This document shows, piece by piece, positions 50,940-54,128 of a DNA stretch of 54,128 bases; within the stretch, counting starts at the first letter, position 1; every line of letters begins with the position of its first letter. The position numbers and the translations under genes are program-made. The notes under the pieces are model-generated. The model saw only the letters and a list, made by a program, of their open reading frames with translations. It was not told the origin of the DNA and searched no databases. The stretch lies in NCBI GenBank assembly GCA_964405095.1, contig CAYOML010000006.1, forward strand, positions 1 through 54,128. The letters are read 5' to 3'. The DNA is from an uncultured Candidatus Saccharibacteria bacterium. Lineage in GTDB: Bacteria > Patescibacteriota > Saccharimonadia > Saccharimonadales > EFPC-124.

Positions 50940-51356
50940 ATGAAATCATTCATGAGCGCAGTTACCAGAGCGTTGGCGATACCTCTGCTGACATTGAGCT
51001 TGGGTCTAGCTATGCCAGCTGCGACCTACGCCGTAGATTGCACAACCAATAACCCAGACATTACTACTGGCCCGAGCGGCGGCGCAGCTTGTGCTAAGCC
51101 AGCTAGCGGCGCTACAGATCTATTTGGCCCTGGCGGTATCTTTATTACGATTACCAACATCCTGCTGTTCGTGATTGGTGCCATTGCTGTGATCATGTTG
51201 ATCGTCGGCGGTATTCGTTACGTCATCTCATCGGGCGACCAAACGGCAGTTACCAATGCTAAAAACACGATTCTTTACGCGATCATTGGTATTGTGGTGG
51301 CCTTCCTGGCCTTTGCCGCAGTCAACTTCCTGACCGGGCAGCTGACTCCTAAGTAG
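50940..51356 (+). CDS. VirB2/TrbC-like T4SS pilin paralog 6
   Basis: Own SD (aaggag), signal peptide ...PAATYA, Cys pair (VDCTTNN...GAACAK), IVGGIRYVISSGDQTAVTNAKNTILYAIIGIVVA. Confidence 0.75.
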   Translation: MKSFMSAVTRALAIPLLTLSLGLAMPAATYAVDCTTNNPDITTGPSGGAACAKPASGATDLFGPGGIFITITNILLFVIGAIAVIMLIVGGIRYVISSGDQTAVTNAKNTILYAIIGIVVAFLAFAAVNFLTGQLTPK

Positions 51357-51375
51357 GTAATACTTCCTGTGAAGT

Positions 51376-51405
51376 AAAAACAACCCGCATATGCGGGTTG
51401 TTTTT
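51376..51405. terminator. Bidirectional intrinsic terminator between the pilin array and hsp20
   Basis: Perfect 30-nt palindrome aaaaacaacccgcat/atgcgggttgttttt with A-run and T-run flanks. Confidence 0.8.
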
Positions 51406-51422
51406 ATATTTAGAGCGAATGT

Positions 51423-51899
51423 CTACATGATCTCGATCTTGCGGGCTTGTTCTTGCTTAACCTTTACAAAGCTGATGGTGAGCACACCGTCCTTCAAAAC
51501 GGCCTCAACCTCTTCTTCCTTCACCTGTGCAGGCAAGGCAATGGTGCGAGAGAACTCACCCCAGTAACATTCCTGCAGGTGCCATTGCTCAACCTCTTCC
51601 TCACCACTCGTCAATGTACCGCTAATAGTTAGGATGCCGTCGGAAATGCTTACATCCAGGTCTTGTTTGTTGACGCCAGCAGTGCGGGCTTTTACAACCA
51701 GCTTCTCGCGGGTCTCGTATACATCGACTGCTAGTTGACCAACAGGTTGTTCTTCTTCCCAGTTTTCGTCGGCAGATGCAGCGGCTACATTTGAATCGTC
51801 AGCCGGAGCAGCATTGTCGTCGTCACCCAAAAAGGCGGCAGCCAGTTCGTCTTCCATCAGTAAGTCGTCATTTTGCTTCTGTCCACGTGCCATCGACAC
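51423..51899 (-). CDS. Hsp20/alpha-crystallin small heat-shock protein
   Basis: LAVDVYETREKLVVKARTAGVNKQDLDVSISDGILTISG...FSRTIALP...GVLTISF. Candidate promoter TTGCCA-18-TATAAT on the minus strand at 51947-51976. Confidence 0.85.
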   Translation of the reverse strand: MSMARGQKQNDDLLMEDELAAAFLGDDDNAAPADDSNVAAASADENWEEEQPVGQLAVDVYETREKLVVKARTAGVNKQDLDVSISDGILTISGTLTSGEEEVEQWHLQECYWGEFSRTIALPAQVKEEEVEAVLKDGVLTISFVKVKQEQARKIEIM

Positions 51900-51969
51900 A
51901 CCTCCCTCTCTTGCTTTGTCCCTATAATTGAGGTTCTTGTAGGTTCATTATAGCGGAACCAGTCAAACT

Positions 51970-52716
51970 ATGGCAATATTATACTTCATGGAAGTAAAAA
52001 TGACATCGCTGATCGAGAAAATCGTTGCGATAGTCGCTCCGCATCGCTGTCTGGTGTGTGGTATCGAAGACAACATCCTATGTACTGGTTGCTATGCTTC
52101 TTGTATTGTTCGGCCTGATGCCTTTTGCGCGTTGTGCGGAAAACCGAGCAAAGATTGGCGTTTGTGCCGGGCTTGCAGCTTACAGTCTGACTTAGGTTAC
52201 GTTTGGGTTGGCGCCGAATACCAGGGTCTACCCGAGAAGCTTATTAAGGCTTTTAAATTCGAAAGAGTTCGTGAGGCCTACCGACCACTGTCTCAGCTGT
52301 TGGTTGATAGCCTCCCCTACGAAGATTGGCAGATTATACCGATACCTACAGCTCCAAGCCGTGTCCGGCAACGCGGTTACGATCAAACATTGTTATTGGC
52401 ATCTGCTCTGGCCGCCCAGCGCAATCTACGACTGACTCCCCTACTGCGTCGGGCACATGACGGGCAACAGGTCGGCTCAAGCCGCCAAAAGCGTCTGCAA
52501 CAAGCTCAGAATGCGTTGTACCTGACAAAACCTCAACAGATTAGGGGCGGGCGCATTGTCTTGGTTGATGATGTCTGCACAACTGGCGCAACCCTTATGT
52601 CAGCCGCAAGTTTGCTCAAACAGGCTGGAGCGCATGAAATTAACGCTGTGGTTTGTGCCTGGCAGGCACCAGCCGTACAATTGGCGTATGGGCAAAGACA
52701 ACAAATCAATCGTTAA
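51970..52716 (+). CDS. comF: ComF-family protein (ComFC-like phosphoribosyltransferase-fold competence protein)
   Basis: N-terminal Cys clusters CLVCG...CTGC...CALCG...CRAC, RGYDQTLLLA, PRTase motif IVLVDDVCTTGATL. The likely start is ATG 52000 (MTSLIEK). Confidence 0.8.
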   Translation: MAILYFMEVKMTSLIEKIVAIVAPHRCLVCGIEDNILCTGCYASCIVRPDAFCALCGKPSKDWRLCRACSLQSDLGYVWVGAEYQGLPEKLIKAFKFERVREAYRPLSQLLVDSLPYEDWQIIPIPTAPSRVRQRGYDQTLLLASALAAQRNLRLTPLLRRAHDGQQVGSSRQKRLQQAQNALYLTKPQQIRGGRIVLVDDVCTTGATLMSAASLLKQAGAHEINAVVCAWQAPAVQLAYGQRQQINR

Positions 52717-53296
52717 CTTTCTGTTTGAGGTTGGGATTCTGGCCAAAACTCCTCGTTCCGGCTTTCATTTCTTGGGTAGCGGCTCGCAATCGGTTGCCGA
52801 GCACATCCATAGAGTTGTTTACTTTGGCTACGTGTTGGCCATGCTCGATGACAGCGTCGATACCGCCAAGGTTATGAAAATGTGTTTATTACATGATTTG
52901 GCCGAAGCCCGCACCAGCGACCTTAATTACGTACATCAAAAGTACACTACATCTGACGAATTAGCCGCTGTGAAGGATCTGGCCAAGACTTTGCCATTTG
53001 GCGCCGACATGGTTAAAACCCTTAACGAACTTAAAGCCAAAAAGACCAAAGAGGCGCTGCTAGTTAAAGACGCCGACCAACTTGAGTTTTTGATGTCACT
53101 CAAGGAGCAAGCCGACATCGGCAACAGCCGAGCCCTGACGTGGATTCCGCCTGCGGTCAAGCGACTTAAAACTGACGCTGCCAAGGATTTGGCCAAGAAA
53201 ATAATAACTACAGACTCAGATGAATGGTGGTACGCAGATAAGGACAGTGACTGGTGGGTCAAACGCAGCGGTAAGCCTATGGGTAAGCGCTTTTAA
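52688..53296 (+). CDS. HD-domain phosphohydrolase (YfbR-like 5'-nucleotidase type)
   Basis: Start set at ATG 52688 (MGKDNKSIVNFLFEVGILAKTPRSGF). SVAEHIHRV ... LLHDLAEARTSDL metal-binding H/HD/D pattern. Overlaps the comF end by 29 nt. Confidence 0.75.
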   Translation: MGKDNKSIVNFLFEVGILAKTPRSGFHFLGSGSQSVAEHIHRVVYFGYVLAMLDDSVDTAKVMKMCLLHDLAEARTSDLNYVHQKYTTSDELAAVKDLAKTLPFGADMVKTLNELKAKKTKEALLVKDADQLEFLMSLKEQADIGNSRALTWIPPAVKRLKTDAAKDLAKKIITTDSDEWWYADKDSDWWVKRSGKPMGKRF

Positions 53297-53323
53297 GCTA
53301 TAATTATTCAAGAAGGAGATTAT

Positions 53324-53947
53324 ATGGGTAAACCGTTTATGAGTTTAAAACAGCACATGATATACCATATGCTAATCGTACTTGGTATTGGTGTGATTGT
53401 TGGGCTACTTGTTGGCTATTATGGCAGCCCAAAGTCACATATTGATCCTAGGTTTACACCGGCAAGCCAGGCCGAAATAGCCAAGGCATTGGCCGACGTA
53501 ACTCAGCAATTCGAAGCTAAAAGCTCAACCGAGTGTAAAGACACTACCGATCCCATAAAACCACAAGATCGAGTTGCAGTGTTTAAAAAATACCTAAAGG
53601 TTAATCGTTTCGCAAACCGGGCTGTAATACGCGGCTGTAACGATATTGACGGTTTGCTTGCCAAGGGTGTTGACGGAAAGTGGTTCCGCACAACTGTAAA
53701 TGTTTCGCTGGATAAGCGCGCCGCAAAACTCTGGCAGGCAGAGTGTCTAATAGATGATATTACTGTTGCCGATGACAAAGTGCGCCCCGAAAACACCACA
53801 ATAGACGTCTTTAACTTGGTGTATTGCCGCAAACTCAGTGAGCAAGAGCTAGTTACTCAATATTTGCATCAGGCCTATGACAGCCAGGGTCTCAAGGTAG
53901 ACAAGAATATGGTGGATGAATTCCTCAAGGGCGCGGAACGACTATAA
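53324..53947 (+). CDS. Membrane-anchored hypothetical protein
   Basis: 207 aa with SD aaggag and N-terminal TM MLIVLGIGVIVGLLVGYY; four Cys in the soluble part. Confidence 0.6.
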   Translation: MGKPFMSLKQHMIYHMLIVLGIGVIVGLLVGYYGSPKSHIDPRFTPASQAEIAKALADVTQQFEAKSSTECKDTTDPIKPQDRVAVFKKYLKVNRFANRAVIRGCNDIDGLLAKGVDGKWFRTTVNVSLDKRAAKLWQAECLIDDITVADDKVRPENTTIDVFNLVYCRKLSEQELVTQYLHQAYDSQGLKVDKNMVDEFLKGAERL

Positions 53948-53950
53948 AAA

Positions 53951-53975
53951 AATAACGACCACAAGAGTCGTTATT
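53951..53975. terminator. Bidirectional terminator hairpin between the hypothetical gene and tRNA-Ser
   Basis: aataacgac-cacaaga-gtcgttatt (9-bp stem), flanked by aaaaaa on one side and ctttctt on the other. Confidence 0.65.
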
Positions 53976-53981
53976 CTTTCT

Positions 53982-54074
53982 TGGCGGAGGAGGAGAGATT
54001 CGAACTCTCGCACCAGGTTGCCCCAGTCTAATGATTTAGCAAACCATCCCCTTCAACCACTTGGGTACTCCTCC
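53982..54074 (-). tRNA. tRNA-Ser (anticodon GCU), type II with a long variable arm, CCA encoded
   Basis: The minus strand folds as ggaggag-ta-ccc-aagtggttgaa-ggg-g-atggt-ttGCTaa-atcat-(21-nt variable arm)-gagag-ttcgaat-ctctc-ctcctcc-g-cca. Confidence 0.9.
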
Positions 54075-54128
54075 ACGTATGTTGCGAGTACCGGCTCATT
54101 GTACCAAAAACACATCTGTTAGGCGAGA

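Noticed and set aside
52556-52687. Upstream 44 codons of the HD-domain ORF.
   Set aside because: They overlap comF in another frame. The HD family N-terminus begins at MGKDNKSIVNFLFEVG (ATG 52688).
34476-54074. The T4SS block as an integrative conjugative element or prophage inserted at tRNA-Ser.
   Set aside because: No integrase, relaxase, coupling protein, capsid or terminase genes, or direct repeat of the tRNA 3' end is seen. Genes between the T4SS and the tRNA are housekeeping (hsp20, comF, HD hydrolase). This cannot be excluded without sequence beyond the window.
53916-54122. 68-aa plus-strand ORF at the window end.
   Set aside because: It overlaps the 3' end of the upstream gene (53324-53947), runs across the terminator hairpin and lies antisense through tRNA-Ser.

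Overview
This 54-kb window looks like the origin-proximal chromosome of a compact, tightly packed bacterial genome using the standard genetic code. My inference, not proof, is a Patescibacteria/CPR genome, probably Saccharibacteria-like. The basis is the gene content, a Gram-positive-type T4SS with many small pilin paralogs, NBR1-like repeat proteins and very short intergenic spacers. All family calls come from reading motifs in the supplied translations; no HMM or BLAST search was possible. Block 1 (1-28136) is a large envelope-glycan locus. It holds an initiating sugar transferase, ManC, Gmd plus a reductase, a CapD-like dehydratase and a GtrA/GtrB/GT-C-type module. It also carries an ABC-transporter-dependent polymer pathway: Wzm, Wzt with a C-terminal glycan-binding-like domain, a dual-GT4 WbdA-like polymerase, further GT4s and a WbdD-like methyltransferase-kinase. 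Secreted repeat proteins sit within the locus. Block 2 (28254-34481) is the replication-origin core: jag-yidC-rnpA-rpmH, dnaA-dnaN-recF, and DnaA boxes on both sides of dnaA. Unusually, two diverged inverted copies of a ~90-nt hairpin element bracket rnpA exactly. Block 3 (34476-51356) is a chromosomal Gram-positive-type T4SS-like apparatus. It has a VirB6-like protein, a PrgI/VirB3-like protein, a VirB4 encoded as two ORFs, an 851-aa membrane protein and a bifunctional wall hydrolase. A divergent array of six tandem VirB2/TrbC-like pilin paralogs faces it. No relaxase, coupling protein or integrase is visible in the window. The T4SS operon is interrupted by a ~2.4-kb insertion (42755-45155). 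The insertion carries a RAYT/IS200-like HUH transposase, REP-like hairpin repeats, two ORFan genes and a candidate 44-codon hydrophobic peptide gene. Block 4 (51423-54074) holds hsp20, comF, an HD hydrolase, a hypothetical gene and tRNA-Ser(GCU). No CRISPR array or rRNA gene was seen.
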